This document shows positions 1-15,109 of a DNA stretch of 64,000 nucleotides, piece by piece. Source of the stretch: the human T2T-CHM13v2.0 reference genome, Homo sapiens. Made by a program: the position numbers and the translations under genes. The number at the start of each line of letters is the position of its first letter. Position 1 is the stretch's first letter. The DNA is taken from NCBI RefSeq assembly GCF_009914755.1, contig NC_060928.1; one strand, 5' to 3'. The notes beneath the pieces were generated by a model. It saw only the letters and a program-made list of their open reading frames with translations. It was not told where the DNA came from and did not search any database.

Positions 1-2534
1 CTACCTGATCACAGAGAATGAATTAGTGGCAAATCTGAATTCAGAATCAGGTATGGCTTACTCTAAGACTCAGGCTCTTTTTGCTGTAGCTTCCTGTCTC
101 TTCTTGACCTCAAACAGTGTATAGGATAGTAGTTATATGAATAAGTAATGATGAAAACATGGCAAATGCTATAAAATACATCCAGGAAATGAGTCATTTT
201 ATTTAACAAGCATTTATGTACATTATTTAGCCAACAGCTTTGGAGTGTGATTTCCACCTTTATCTGTAAAATAAGGCAAATGCTGCTGCTGACCTTCTAG
301 ATGATTTTGTTAAGGGTTAAATCAGACAATGCAGGTAAAGGGGCTGAGAGCACAGGAATGGCTCAAGTATTTTTGAGTGTTGTTAGCTGAATGTTGCAGA
401 CAATATAAACTTACTGGAAACACTCTCATAATCCAGTTCCACATGCAACATTTGCAGACCCTGATAAAGCCATGTGAGGATGAAGTTAATCCAGTGAGTG
501 CTATGGGTATTCAAGAAGCAAAGTTGGCCGTGGTATTCGGACAAGACAAATGCAGGAGAAAGACCTTTACCTGAACTCTGAGAAATGGAGAGGGCTTTGG
601 AAAGGCAGAACACAAGCCAGGGCCAGAATAGAAACAAGATACAGAGCAGGAAATGAGCTTGGCGTTCTGGGAATCGGACTTGGTGAAACACAGACTGGGT
701 GAATAATGGAAGACAAAACAAGAAAGGAAGGCTGACACCAGAATAGGGTGGTGAGAAATTTGTGCTCAGTTCTTTGAGCAACTGAAAGTCACTGTTTCTG
801 GTGAGATGAATGAAACGATGCCTTTTAAAGCTTACTTCATAAAACAGTGACATTATACAACAGGAGAAAGACTTGATGCTTGAAAACTAGTATTAATATC
901 ACTGCATTAGATCAGAGACATGCATAATGAAGTGGATGATAATGGCAGTGATGGAAATGAAATATAAGTTTAGCTTGGAACACATATCTCCCCCTCCTCC
1001 AAAATAATCAATTGTGTTTAGATGGGATAGAAGAAGAAGAAGAAGTAATGACAACTCTGTGATTTCAAGGCCTCAAAGAAAATGAGAAAACACTGCCATG
1101 AATAATGTAGAAATAAAGGATTTAACAAGTCTTTCTCTTTGTACTTACAGCTAATATAATTACAAGCAAAGCAATAGAAGATAGATTTAGATAAAATATT
1201 ATAAGTCAAAAATATGGTTAGATCTTCAAATGTCATTTTGGAAGCCATGAGTATGGAGATAATGGCTAAAGCTCTCAGAATGGAGGAGTCACTGAGGGCT
1301 TCTGCTCAGGGCTGAGGAAGGTGAACAGAACTCTCTAGCCTGCGGGGATGAAATTGCACATACGGCATCCTCTTGAGTTCAGATGGTAGTGGTCTCTTGC
1401 TTGTATTAGCATACATTTATTCACAAATGTCTGTAAGATCTTTGCTTTCTCACATAAAAGGGGACAGATCTCTGTCACTCAAATTAGGCTATCTTCCAGG
1501 TTTTCCTAAACTGTCCCTGGACAAACAAGGGGTCCCCCTATCTGCCACACTAAGCAGAGTAGTACAACGTGATTCAGTGGGGAAGACCATGGTTTGCATA
1601 TTACATTTATTGTTGAGTCTTTTAAAAATGTAAGGTTTTCTTTTTTGTAATATATATGTATTTTGATCAATTTATTTATACATTTGTTACAAATGCTAGA
1701 GTTATGTAAGTTTCATCCATATGCACCGGATATCCTAAGGAACAAAGGGTTGCATCCCTACTTTGGGGCAGAAAACTCTCAGATCTTAGGCAGTAATGCA
1801 TATTAATTCATTATCAGCTATTCACAGGGTCAGAACATGATCATACAGGAGAACGTGATAAGTTCTCCTATATGATCACATGAGGTATATGCTGCCATTT
1901 GCCCCTCCAAAAAAATAGGATGGAAAGGAAACCTGAATAACAAATAATGGTTTGAATGTCAATTTGAAATGATATTAACAGAAATTTTTTTCAAGTAATT
2001 AAGCACTATTTCACTATTCAAATATTGCTGAAATAAGAAACATGGAGATACATATATACACATATACACACACACACATATATATTTTTATGTTTGAGAT
2101 TGAAGAAAGCAACTGAACGCTAATAGATATAAAATTATTTATATTTACTTTTTGTTTTGGCCTAAAATCTTATCAAGGCTGAAATGTTTTGAACTTTAAT
2201 ATGATTTATGAGTTAGCATACCTGATTTCAGGAATGTTAAATCAATTAAGCTACCTTACTGATATTTTATGAACACTGGTGGAATGTGTTTTATTTCACA
2301 GACATACTTCTTTTATATTGTGAATTACTTTGCCTCTAAAATACGCTTCCCACTGAATTTTAATTTTCAGTTTATTTTCATTGTATACTATACAAAATTT
2401 TGTCTTTGTTTTGTATTTGAAGCAGAGTATATTACAGTAAATTTCACAGAGGTTATTTGTTTAACTTATGTTTACTTGAAAATAATTTAATATTAGTAGA
2501 GGATGCAGAAAAAATAGATTTAATTCATACTCAC
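1..2534 (-). other. VEGFC: VEGFC intron 4 (5' part)
   Basis: Starts gtgagt after exon 4. No exon 5 sequence is recognisable before the window edge. Confidence 0.9.
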
Positions 2535-2686
2535 TGTGGTAGTGTTGCTGGCAGGGAACGTCTAATAATGGAATGAACTTGTCTGTAAACATCCAGTTTA
2601 GACATGCATCGGCAGGAAGTGTGATTGGCAAAACTGATTGTTACTGGTTTGGGGCCTTGAGAGAGAGGCACTGTAATTTCAAATAA
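2535..2686 (-). CDS. VEGFC: VEGFC coding exon 4 (152 nt): end of the VEGF homology domain and the furin/PC site
   Basis: Reverse complement reads LFEITVPLSQGPKPVTISFANHTSCRCMSKLDVYRQVHSIIRRSLPATLP(Q). Acceptor tcccttctttgtag|TTA, donor CA|gtgagt. Contains the CRC cystine-knot motif, NHT sequon and IRR|S cleavage site. In frame with exon 3. Not in the ORF track. Confidence 0.98.
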
Positions 2687-5135
2687 CTACAAAGAAGGGA
2701 CAAAAAGAAGAAAAAATTATATAGATGCTGTAAAGCACTTTTATGGTAAATATTGGAGTCCGAAAAAGAGTGAGATTAGCTCTATATAAGTAGCTGCCTA
2801 GTGTACGCAGGACGCTATGTTTTTATGATTACAAAGTAAAAACTGTCTTGCTCCTAACCAGTATCTTTTATCAGAGTAATAAATACTCCATATGTTTATC
2901 TTATGTCACTAGTTATGAAGCATATTAGAATTAGGATAACCAACTAATTGGTTATCCTATTAGACGTGACAGAACAATGTGTTCAAGAAAAAAGAACTGT
3001 TTCAAAGTTATAGATTATTTGAAATGAACATTTAAAATATTCCAGGGATTTAAAAAGTGTCACACACAGAAACATCTTTGTGATTTAGGAGCAAAGCTAT
3101 TGGCCACACAACCCAGAAATACTTGGTTATGACCTACTTTAAATAAACTGAATACATAGACGTAAGTTACATAGATGTAAAGTTAATTTTTATTAAATTT
3201 CTACCTCAATGTAGTTTTATATGTCTTAGATCTCTTATAAATTGATTATGTTTAAAACAAAAAAAACTACATTTATAATTTAATAGATAAAGCCATGTTT
3301 CTGCTATCTTGGTAAAGGAATTATGAAAATAATGAGCTTAAAATAAAGTAGGGCATTTTACACAATTCTGAATTACAGTCAAAATTTAGTTTAACTGGTC
3401 TCCTTCTGAACGCCTTATTTATGGATCAAGAACTTCTTGTGTTCTCTTCCTTCTCCAAAAACAATGTTTTAAATTAAATAAACAAATACATCATTGATTA
3501 AGTAAAACTAAGTAGATTTAAATTCCTAGTGTTCTTACACTCTAAATCATTACCAGAAAAAATGGTAAAAGTGAAATCTTGCCCACTAACTGCTTGATAA
3601 GATCAACTTGCAGTCATTTAACTATAATTGATCCATGTATTACTTGGTGTCTTCATGACAATCTGAGCAGTGATAAAAAAGATGACAAACTTCAAAGCAT
3701 TGTGACTTGGCCTTTGCTGAACTTTCACGCCATCAGCTGAAGACCATTGAAAATATTTATGGGATAGGATTAGCTGCCAATTTTGTCCATGCCAACAAGG
3801 AGACTTTTTAAATGAATTCTGAATAATGAAATACAGAAATATGTAAATTATAAAATGCATATTGTCTTCATTCAAGATGTATTCCTTATATATTCATTTA
3901 AAATGTAACTACTTTCTTTAGAAAACAATATGCTTTAGAAGAAATAGGTACAGGGTTATACCCAGACAGGTGGCTTTTATTAGCTCTCCCATTTATAAGT
4001 AGCATAAATTTGGAAAATTCATTTGACTTCTCCAAGCTGTATTTTTCTTTGATAATCAGTAAACTAAGGATAACACTTGACTCATTATTCTCAGATTATA
4101 AAGATTACATAAACTAAATGAATCTGATATGTATATTATTTGCTATACAGATCTAAGTTATTACTATTTGTGTAAATTCTCAAGATTCTAGGTATTCTCC
4201 ACAATACTGTCTGATCTGCATAGATAACTTCACTATGTGACCTCAACATATGCCACTATTATGATTTTGACCAGTTTCTTATCTAAAAAGATACCCGTTT
4301 ATACACGTTGGATAAAATCTTTGATTAGGTGAAATATTGCAATGGCAGTAATCCTTTGCACTATATATACCTATTTTAAGAGAGAATTCTGCAGTGACTT
4401 CATGAGCTACAATTTTTCTATCTTTTAAGACATCTATGGAATCTATATTAAGAACTAGCACTACAGAAGACATACAAAGTGGTTTTAAAAAGCAATTTTT
4501 AATAAATTTATAAAATTACTTATTTTTTATATTTGTATAATTTATAATTTGATTATTTAAGCTCTGCAATAATGTAGATGGTAGGAAGGTGTACCTAAGA
4601 ATTTAGGTCTAGTAGGCAGTCACATATGTGTGTCTAGAGTTTAGGAGAGCCATTGAAAAGTCATGAACATTTAAGCTGTAATTGGAGTCTTGGACATTGA
4701 TGAGATTACTTGATGAGCACTCTAAATGAAAAGAGAAAATGTCTAAGAATAGAAACCTGGGGCACAGGAACATCTATGAGGTGGGAAGAGGCAAAGGAAC
4801 TAGTGAATATGTCTGGGAAGAAGCATAACAATGATGGAGCATCAGGAGGGGAGACTGTCAAGCCAACGGGTGCCAGAGAAAGAGGGGAGAGCTTCAAACA
4901 GGTGTGTGTGGTCACAGGGCCACATGTCTTCGGGAAGTCAAATGTAACAAGAATTGACAGGAGATAACCAGCACCCGATGTGGTTCCAAGGGCTGTGGCA
5001 GGGCAGGGGCTGTAGGAAGGAAGCAGCAGTGGAGACGGGGGACAAGAAGAGGTGCTCCATGTGACTAGTGGGAAAGGGCTCAAGTGGCTCAGACCAGCAG
5101 AAACAATTTTGCTTACACGCACAGTGTTTGTAATC

Positions 5136-5552
5136 TGATATGGTTTGGATCTGTGTCTCCTCCAAATCTCATGTTGAAATGTGATTCCCAATGTTAGAGG
5201 TGGGAGCTGGCGGGAGATGAATGGGTCATGGGACCAGATCCCTCATGAATGGCTTAGCACCATCCTTCGGTAAGAAGTGAGATTTTCCTGTTAGTTCATG
5301 CTAGAGCTGGTTGTTTAAAGGAGTCTGAGACCTCTCCCTTCCCTCTCTTGCTCACACTCTGGCCATATGACACACCAGCGCCCCCTTCCACCAAGATTGC
5401 AAGCTTCCTGAGGCATCACCAGAAGGTGAGCAAATGCCAGCATCATGCTTCCTGTACAGCCTGCAGAACCATAAGCCAATTAAGCCTATTTTCTTTATAA
5501 ACTACCCAGTCTTAGGTATTCCTTTATAGCAATGCAAAAACAAAGTAATAGG
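5136..5552 (+). mobile_element. MaLR solo LTR (MSTB-like)
   Basis: Starts tgatatggtttggatctgtgtc..caaatctcatgttgaaatg. Contains gcttcctgtacagcctgcagaacc and ends cctttatagcaatgcaaaa..taata, typical of MST LTRs. Confidence 0.85.
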
Positions 5553-6939
5553 TAAGCACAGCAGGATTTGGCATTGTCTCCAGTGAAACCAGGCAGGACA
5601 GAGCCTGATAGTGAAGGTAAGGCACTATTTGAGATAACTAACAGCTATTGTAGAAGAGTTTATGTTTTCCCACCCCTAACCCTTGGCAGCATCATTCCTG
5701 CTCCCACTGATGGCTGCCCTTCCAGATTCTGCCCCAGCCTGTTTTCCAAATGGTAGACAGATTGCCGTGAGCAGTATCAGTGATCATGGAGAGACCTCAT
5801 CCATGCCTAGGTAGATAATGTTCACAAATCAGGATCCACCCATGGGTATCAAGCATGAATTCAGGAACAGCAGCTTTGAAGAATGTTCTGGTGAGATGAA
5901 GAATAGCTAATTCACATTAAGAAAGCATCTTCCTGGAAAACTAAGTGTGGCTCTATGCTTTCAAAGGCTGCAAGAAATGTGTTTTTGAATACACTGACTA
6001 AAAGAATAAGGAGACAGGTAAAACAGCACTAAAACCAAATCACTGTTTAGAGAACTGTCTTTTCCTCTAAGTTGAAGACTTTTATAAGTGGTAAAATGGA
6101 AGACTTTTTTACAGTTGGAGAGAAAAAAATCTTTGTTGCAGTTTAACTACTTAAAGGAAATAAAGGAAATCACAACATAAAGGAATCAAAATCAAAATCT
6201 TAATAACTAATGTCTCATTTCTCTTTTTTGTGTCTAAGTAGCAATTGGCAGGCTGAATTCAGTTAATTTTGTCAAAAGGAACAGAGATTGAAAAATTAAA
6301 GTTAAAAAATTTTGTTCTTCTCTTGAAACACATCCTCTATCCCTAAATTTTGACCTGCTACTTGATGATACCAGTGTGAAAAAATTTTAAGAGTCCAGAG
6401 AAAGATACCTTTGATAATATTAAAAGTAGAAAGAGTCTTGATAATTGAGTTTTATTTATCTATCAACTTCAGGAAAATTAGTAATATCTACTGGGAATAT
6501 GCCATCTGGGTATGTATTAAGATATAATTGTACCTATACCAGCTCTTGTCACATACTAAAGAGGCCTCTTTAATTTTTCTAATTCTTTCTGTGCTGGTCT
6601 CATGTGTGTATATTGACTGACTTACTCTTATCAGTTAGACATGATTACAGTTTCTACTGCCTTTTCAATAAATATAGTAAATTCTATTTTCTTGTTTACA
6701 GACCACTTTGTGAATTTTTACATAGCTATATTTAATCCCTACGTTACTAAGAATTTCCGTAAGCTTTTTTTCCTAGATAGTATGTGCTTAGAAAATATAC
6801 ATTTTTTGAACTGAAAAAATAATAATTAGAAGTGCATTATAAACTTGCATGGCGCCCTCCCAAAATAAATACATAACATTTTCAAATCACTGGCAACTTC
6901 CCTACTCCACGAAGTATGTAAGAATAAACAAGAGTTTAC

Positions 6940-7085
6940 TTAGTCTTGAGAAACAGACAGTAATTAGAGTCCTGGATCTTCAATTTACTACTTCTGAGAC
7001 TTGGAAAAATTACCTAACTTCCCCAAGCCTCCATTTCATTACCTATAAAATAGGGATAATAATAATGGTGATTTCAGTGTAATGT
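6940..7085. mobile_element. MIR fragment
   Basis: MIR core-like cctaacttccccaagcctccatttcattacctataaaatagggataata. Confidence 0.6.
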
Positions 7086-7314
7086 TTGGATTTCTCTTCC
7101 TCCTCTTCTTTCTCTTGTTCTTTATCATCATTCACATCAGCCAAGATTTAGTTAAATTTTTGTTAAAGAAATTCTAAATTTTAAAATTTTTATTTAAAAT
7201 CTTTCCTTGTTTAGTTTTCAGTAACTATTTATTCAGTACCTACATGATACCAAGCACCTTGCTAGAATCTCAGGATAACAGTCATCAGTAATGACCTTGC
7301 CTCTATGCTGATCA

Positions 7315-7741
<427 letters not shown>

Positions 7742-10700
7742 TTACCGTAAACACTGGAGTTTAATTCCCTTATGCAATTTGTTCTTGCCATTAATAATGA
7801 TCTGAACTAACATAGTAACTAGAATTTCCTCTCAAAAGAGTTTAGATCTATCCAAACATATCAATGTTTGAAACAGTAAGTAGATTATTTTAAGAAAATA
7901 TGAATCATGATACTATTGTCAGACTATTTTGTGCTTTATTGTGTATATAATAGTATTTTCTGTTCTACATTTAAGTTCATAGCACATAAAATTTATGTAT
8001 TATTCAGCACTAGCTAATAGCTCCAAGTATGTTTATTTAGTAAATACTGATTGATGATGTATTTAACTGATAATGTATCTATTATAATTTGATATTTTGA
8101 AAATTATGATTTTTCTAAAACAGTTTTATACAATAAAGTGAATTGTTCTGAACCAATAAGTAATATTAACTTGTGTCCAATGTAGGACACAAAAAAAGTT
8201 GTAATAATACAATTCATTATGAAGCCTGACATATACTTTAGGCATATAATACCAGTTGTTGGTTTTGGAGAAGATCAAAAGGACATATAAAAAAAGGCAT
8301 TTAAGCAAGGTTGGAAACTGAAAAAAAAATCTGACTGTATATTCTGTAAAACTATAATAAACAAGAGGAAATGGCAAGTGTTTCCAACTGAGAGGTTCCC
8401 AGTTGTAATCTACTGGCATTCTTTAATAGGAATATTTAATAGTCAATTCTCACCAACAAGAATGGACTTCAAATAAAGCCACATTTTGAAACAATAGGTT
8501 GTTTACAGCAGCATAGCAACGGCTATAAAGCAACAATTCCTAATCGTACTTATCTTGCTGGCTATTCAAGAAAAAGGTGTAGAACTTCCTTACTGAGAGG
8601 ATCTTGAGTTATAATTTAGTACTAAATTATAAGTAATGTTTGTGTGGATACAAATATGACACAAAAAATGCCTTCCTTTAAAACACCATTATATCCTAAA
8701 TATAACCAGTTTCTCTTCAGAACAAATCTCACTACCATATTTAATTTAAATTTAAATATTCCAAACTTTAGTCCATTAAGTACAGATATATGTACCCCCA
8801 GAAGAATATGATTAATAACTATAAAATCAGATTTTAAAACTACAACGAATTTAAAGAAATAATGCCCCAAAATGGGAAAAGGTCTTAGCATTTTGACTTA
8901 GCATTGCAACCACATGGCCAGCTATAAAAGGCCTGTGGAACTTAAATTGGGTTTGGGAAAGAAAATGGAATAACAGATAGCCTAACAGATTTAAATCTGG
9001 TACTGAATTAATTTTAACATATTGTTATGCATAAAAAGTATACACAGTACCACAATTAAAATAAAAACCTCAATTGAAGAGTTTTAGAAATACTGAATAA
9101 AATACGTGAATCTCATTGTACCTTGGGTTGGAAAAAAGTGGTATTTTTCACAGATGCATTAATTATGTTCTTAAGGCAAATGTTATTCTTAAAGAAAGTT
9201 CTGATAACTGGTACTGGCATAGAGTTCTTTTTCCACATCAGGATAAAACCTGATTTCCAAAAACTGTGCTTGCCAAATATTAACTTGCTAAAGATACAAT
9301 ACAAATCACGTTCCACTTGCTGAATACAAAGGAATGTAATAAATTAATCTTCCAGACTGCTGCAGTATTCTGTTTAATTAATGGAAGAAATATCTCTGAC
9401 TGCAGTGCAAAATAATACCTCTAATTTCATTATATAGTTGCATATTTTACTTAGGTTTAAATATTTTTTGTTGTAAAATTTTATGAAACATCCAACTTAA
9501 ATATAATCGAGCATGTCTTTGTTAATATACATGCTCATATTATTGATTGCTCATATTATTGCTTTATAAAATAATGAAAAAGAAGTAGCTGCTTGTTTTT
9601 AAGATGGCAATGTAGAATTTAAAATAATGCTGCTTCTATGTATCAGAATTAGCTCATAGCAAGCTAGCTTCTTAACTAAACTGGCTTCTTTAGTCTGGCA
9701 CTAATGAACACAGCAAAGAACTTCTAGTTCCTTGAGCTTGATTTAACCCCACCATTTTCAGGAAGACTCTAGAGATTGAGCTGTTTTTCTTTATTCTTTC
9801 CTAGATTTAGTAAAATATATAAGGTAAATACTAACATTCAAGTAACTTTTAATCCAAATGTGTGCCTCAAAAGCAGATGACTTTCTTCTGCTTCTGCTTT
9901 CATCACCAAATAATTTACCCCCTGCAAAATTCATTTTCTACTTTTTGGTTATATCTCTTAAACATACAACTTCTCATAAGAAAATATACTCAAAGTGTAT
10001 GTTTATGAAAGAGGTTGAAAAGACATCCAATCTACTTAACTTTTCAAAGCCACTTAGATACTTGTGTGGAGAACTTTGAAGCAGTTTTTATCCATTAGTA
10101 TACTTTGGAATGCACAGTGCATATGCTTTTACTTTTCAATGAACAGCTGGCTTCCTCACACGCCCTGATAACCTCCCCTTCATTGAGTCCCATTTTAAAA
10201 AAGCATTTCTATGAAGTATCTATAAAAAACTTGAGTTTAACATTACCTAAGGTACATTGTCCTTACAATTTACATCATGCCAATTGGTGGCTTTGCTACA
10301 AAATATGCCTGGAACTCTTTTAACAAAACGAAAAGTCTTTTTTTTGTTTTTTTTACCTTAAGAAAACACAGCATTAAGAAATTTCCTTTTATATTTGAAG
10401 GAAATCATCACACACTCCCATTCATACTACACTGATAATGCAATAAATTGAATAAACTCAGGAAAAGCTGCTACTTAAGTACACGTTTTCAGAACTTGGA
10501 ATATTAGTAAAAATGTAGGAACACTGCATTCTTGCTTTCAGAAATTTTATGCCTCGACCTCCCTTGGTTTATAAACATCCTGGATATGCACTTCCATAAG
10601 CCTTTGTACTTTTCCTTCACAACACTTAAACTACTTTTAATTACTTGATAAATGTTGATTTCGCTTGCTAATTTGTTAGTTCCATAGGGCAGGATCTATC

Positions 10701-10813
10701 CATCACTGTACACCTACACTTTGTGCATAGCATGCTTTTAGTACATAATATGAAGCGTCACATAATGGGTGTACCACATGCACTTGTCTAACTGAATTTA
10801 AATTAAAACTATC

Positions 10814-11111
<298 letters not shown>

Positions 11112-11590
11112 TTATACTATAAACAAAAATATAAGCGAATCCTTTGGATAGGAAAAGGGCATGATAATACAAAATCAAAGAGGGAAATGCAGGGCACAGC
11201 TAATGATGAATGTTGGCTTTCCCTTGGTACTGATGTTTGCTCTTCTCTTGTGATACATCAATACCCTAAGAATTAATAAGCACACCAGGCTTCAAATGAC
11301 ATTTATCAGAATGATGCTTCCTCCCAAATCTATATTTAAAGACCCAGTTATTGTTCTAAAATTTTAGAATTGTACATCAAACCTTCTGGTATCTCCACCT
11401 AAACACCATTCAGACTCTTTCAAATCAGCATATTCAAAATTTGACCTTTGACCCCAAATTTGTTTCTTTTTATTCAAATATTCATTTTATTCACTTCTAA
11501 GTGTTTGCTATGTGCCAACTACTGTGCTATTGTTCAGTGTAACAAGCAGACGCAATCTTTGTTTTCATGGAGTCTAGAACCTATGGAATA

Positions 11591-11898
11591 AGACTGGGTG
11601 CAGTGGCTCACACCTGTAATCCCAGCACTTTGGGAGGCAGAGGTGGGAGGATCACCTGAGGTCAGGAGTTTCTAGACCAGCCTGCCTAACATGGTGAAAC
11701 CCCATCTCTACTACAAATACAAAAAATTAGCCAGGTGTGGTGGTGCACACCTGCAATCCCAGCTACTTGGGAGGCTGAGGCAAGATAATCACTTGAACCC
11801 ACGAGGCAGAGGTCACAGTGAGCTGAGTTCCTGCCACTGCACTCCCCCACCTGGGCAACAAGAGTGAGACTCCATCTAAAAAAAAAAAAAAAAAAAAA
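11591..11898 (+). mobile_element. AluS (Sq-like) inserted in an L2 relic
   Basis: Dimeric Alu with TSD agaacctatggaat / aaaacctagggaat. The flanks (about 11490-12980) resemble L2. Confidence 0.93.
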
Positions 11899-11899
11899 C

Positions 11900-12980
11900 C
11901 TAGGGAATTAAACAAAGATAAAACAATCTGACAGATAAGGTAATGATGCTAAGATACAGCAACAATGGATGCTGTGGAAGCACATAACAGAATGTCCTGG
12001 AAGTCACATTTATGTTTAGGCCTAAGGATGAGTAGACATTAACTAGATACATCGAGATACGGGATCATGTGTAGGGAGATGTTTCAAACACAGAGTACAG
12101 CATTGCAATACTGGAGGTGACAGATATTGACATAACCCAAGAAGTGAAAAGAATTTGGGTCTTAGTGGTAAGTAGTGTTTGTGGGGAAAAGCATTGACAT
12201 TTGAGGCTGGACACTTAGGTAGCATCCAGATCATTGAGGGCCCAGGAAATTATGTTTAAGGGATTTTGTCTGAAAGAAGAGTTCCATTCAAAACACTAAC
12301 AACTTAGAACATTTGTACCAATCAATCTGACCAGATGCTGGCCTAAGCAACCCAATTAGAAAAGATAAGCTTATCACCACACTAGTTGAATGCTGGCTCC
12401 ATCCCAATAAGGCAATGTTATCAAGGAGTTTTTAGCAGTATCTGACTTAGCATTAAGAAAAGAAAAAAAAATCACTGCTAAAAAGTGGCAAATAGATTGG
12501 AGGAAAGGAAGAATGGAGGTAGGAGACCAGTTATTAGGCTTGTCCAAGAGGAATGGTCTAGGTAAGGGGTAAATGTGACCTAGATCAGAGCGGGATTAGC
12601 AGCGTGGAGACACTGGATAGGTCCTAGAGATGTTTGCAAGGTAGATTGAATAGCAATTAGTTTTGGTGAAAGGAAGAATAACTTGGCTTGACCGACTGGC
12701 TGAATGATGATGTCATTTACTAAGACACAGAACACTGGAAAAAGAATAGGATTCACTTACTTGCTTATTTGGGCAAGGTGGTAGGGAATAGGTTCTAACT
12801 GTTAAGTGAGACAGACTGACCTGTCTGAGGGACAGCCAAGTCACAAGGTTGAGTGGACAGTATAGAAATCAGGAAAGAAGCCTGAATTGGAGGGAAAGGT
12901 TTGGGAAAAGTAAAAAAAAGTAGATGAGAAAATACAAGGAGAGTTACAGTTTGCAGAGAAGGTGTCTTAGGTCAGAATTC
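11900..12980 (-). mobile_element. L2 relic
   Basis: Purine-rich L2-like motifs (gtaggagaccagttattaggct, gatgtcatttactaagacacagaacactggaa). Boundaries approximate. Confidence 0.55.
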
Positions 12981-13480
12981 TCAGGAGAAATACCATATTT
13001 TTGATGAACTACAAATTTTTAATTCTCAAAATCTTCAAATCTTTAAAAAATTAAAATGACAAAATAAAAACTAATGCTATATAAATTTTAAAATATGACT
13101 GCATTACAGATCAGAATGTATAAATATTGTGATTATTGTAAATATATAGCCCACCAATAGGATAGAAAAAAAACTGAAAAAAAAATCAACCAATAACAAA
13201 AAAGCAGACAAACTTCAGAAATTTCATGGGCAAGTCCTGATTTTTCACACAAGCAAATGATTGGGAAGAAGTTGACAAAACTCATATCGACATTGTAAAT
13301 CTATTATAAAAGTAAGCCTAAATTCTGCAAAGCTGGGAGGTGAAAGAGATGAAATACAGCAAGAAAAGATTCCATGTGATCTAAAGTAGACAATTTTCTT
13401 ATAGCAAATATCTGATGTTTAAGTACTAAGTAGACTGGGCAAAATTATTTCACCTATATGCAGCTTACACTTAGCACTAA

Positions 13481-13856
<376 letters not shown>

Positions 13857-14261
13857 TAAACCTCTCCAACACCTCCCTCTTGATAGAGCAATTTTTATGC
13901 TACTGAGCATACACACCTACCCTTGAATAAATACTTTCACTCCAATACCCACTGGGTGAATGTGACACCTAATTAGACCAATGCAGAAAATGAATATGCA
14001 ATGGTCACAGAAAAAACTCAAATGGTTAATAGAAGACTAAATTTATTTACTTTGCTTACTAACAATGTACTGATTTTCTGTTTTCCAAGTTTAGATTTTA
14101 CCTAAGGTATGCTTAGGTATCTATTTGGCCCATATGTAAAGTATGCATTTATTTGGTTGACCAATAGTAAGAAAGATATAATGTTGGCTTTTGCTCATAT
14201 TAACTAATGAATGAGAGAATAAAGAAGAATTTTCTTCCTTATCTGTAAGAGAAACAGATAT

Positions 14262-15109
14262 CTATATCTCATCTAGTCATCTGGATATCTAAATATAGAT
14301 ATAGATAGATATGTTTCTTTTACAGATACATATATGTATATCTGTATATACATATGTATATATATACATACATATATAAAGTTTATATTTAGGTTTGGGG
14401 GTCCATGTGCAGGTTTGTTACATACGTAAACTTTTATTTTAGGTTTGGGGGTGCATGTGCAGGTTTGTGACATAGGTAAACTTTTATTTTAGGTTTGGGG
14501 TTTTATTTTAGGTTTGGGGGTCCATGTGCAGGTTTGTGGGTCCATGTGCAGGTTTGTGACATAGGTAAACTTTTATTTTAGGTTTGGGGTTTTATTTTAG
14601 GTTTGGGGGTCCATGTGCAGGTTTGTGACATAGGTAAACTTTTATTTTAGGTTTGGGGGTCCATGTGCAGATTTGTGACATAGGTAAACTTTTATTTTAG
14701 GTTTCGCGGTGCATATGCAGATTTGCGACACAGGTAAACTTTTATTTTAGGTTTGGGGGTGCATGTGCAGGTTTGTGACATAGGTAAACTTTTATTTTAG
14801 GTTTGGGGTTTTATTTTAGGTTTGGGGGTGCATGTGCAGGTTTGTGACATAAACTTTTATTTTAGGTTTGGGGTTTTATTTTAGGTTTGGGGGTCCATGT
14901 GCAGGTTTGTTACATAGGTAAACTTTTATTTTAGGTTTGGGGGTCCATGTGCAGGTTTGTTAAATAGGTAAACTTTTATTTTAGGTTTGGGGGTGCATGT
15001 GCAGGTTTGTGACATAGGTAAACTCATGTCATGGGGGTTGTTGCACAGATTATTTCATCACCCAGGAATTAAGCCCAGTACCCAATAGTTACCTTTTCTG
15101 TTCCTCTCC
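14262..15109 (-). mobile_element. Short 5'-truncated L1 (old L1PA/L1PB-type 3' end) with an expanded 3' terminus
   Basis: 15020-15109 matches an antisense L1 3'UTR (gtaaactcatgtcatgggggttgttgcacagattatttcatcacccagg..agtacccaatagtta). Flanked by the 12-bp TSD agaaacagatat at 14250-14261 and 15110-15121. The tail has decayed to TA-rich microsatellite at 14262-14377. Confidence 0.85.
14378..15024. repeat. 50-bp minisatellite, 11 units, derived from the L1 3' end
   Basis: Unit aaacttttattttaggtttgggggt(c/g)catgtgcaggtttgtgacataggt. Units 3, 4, 8 and 9 carry an extra 19-bp ttttattttaggtttgggg. Unit 3 also has a 20-bp internal duplication. Confidence 0.97.

Noticed and set aside
377-853. 156-aa minus-strand ORF and overlapping small ORFs, considered as possible exon 5
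   Set aside because: No match to the Cys-rich VEGFC C-terminal propeptide. The composition reflects a purine-rich decayed repeat.
4706-5191. 161-aa ORF
   Set aside because: It spans L2-like and MST LTR sequence and has no recognisable domain.
14378-15024. Regular repeat array that could be mistaken for a CRISPR array
   Set aside because: The units are head-to-tail with no unique spacers, derive from an L1 3' end, and lie in primate DNA with no cas genes.
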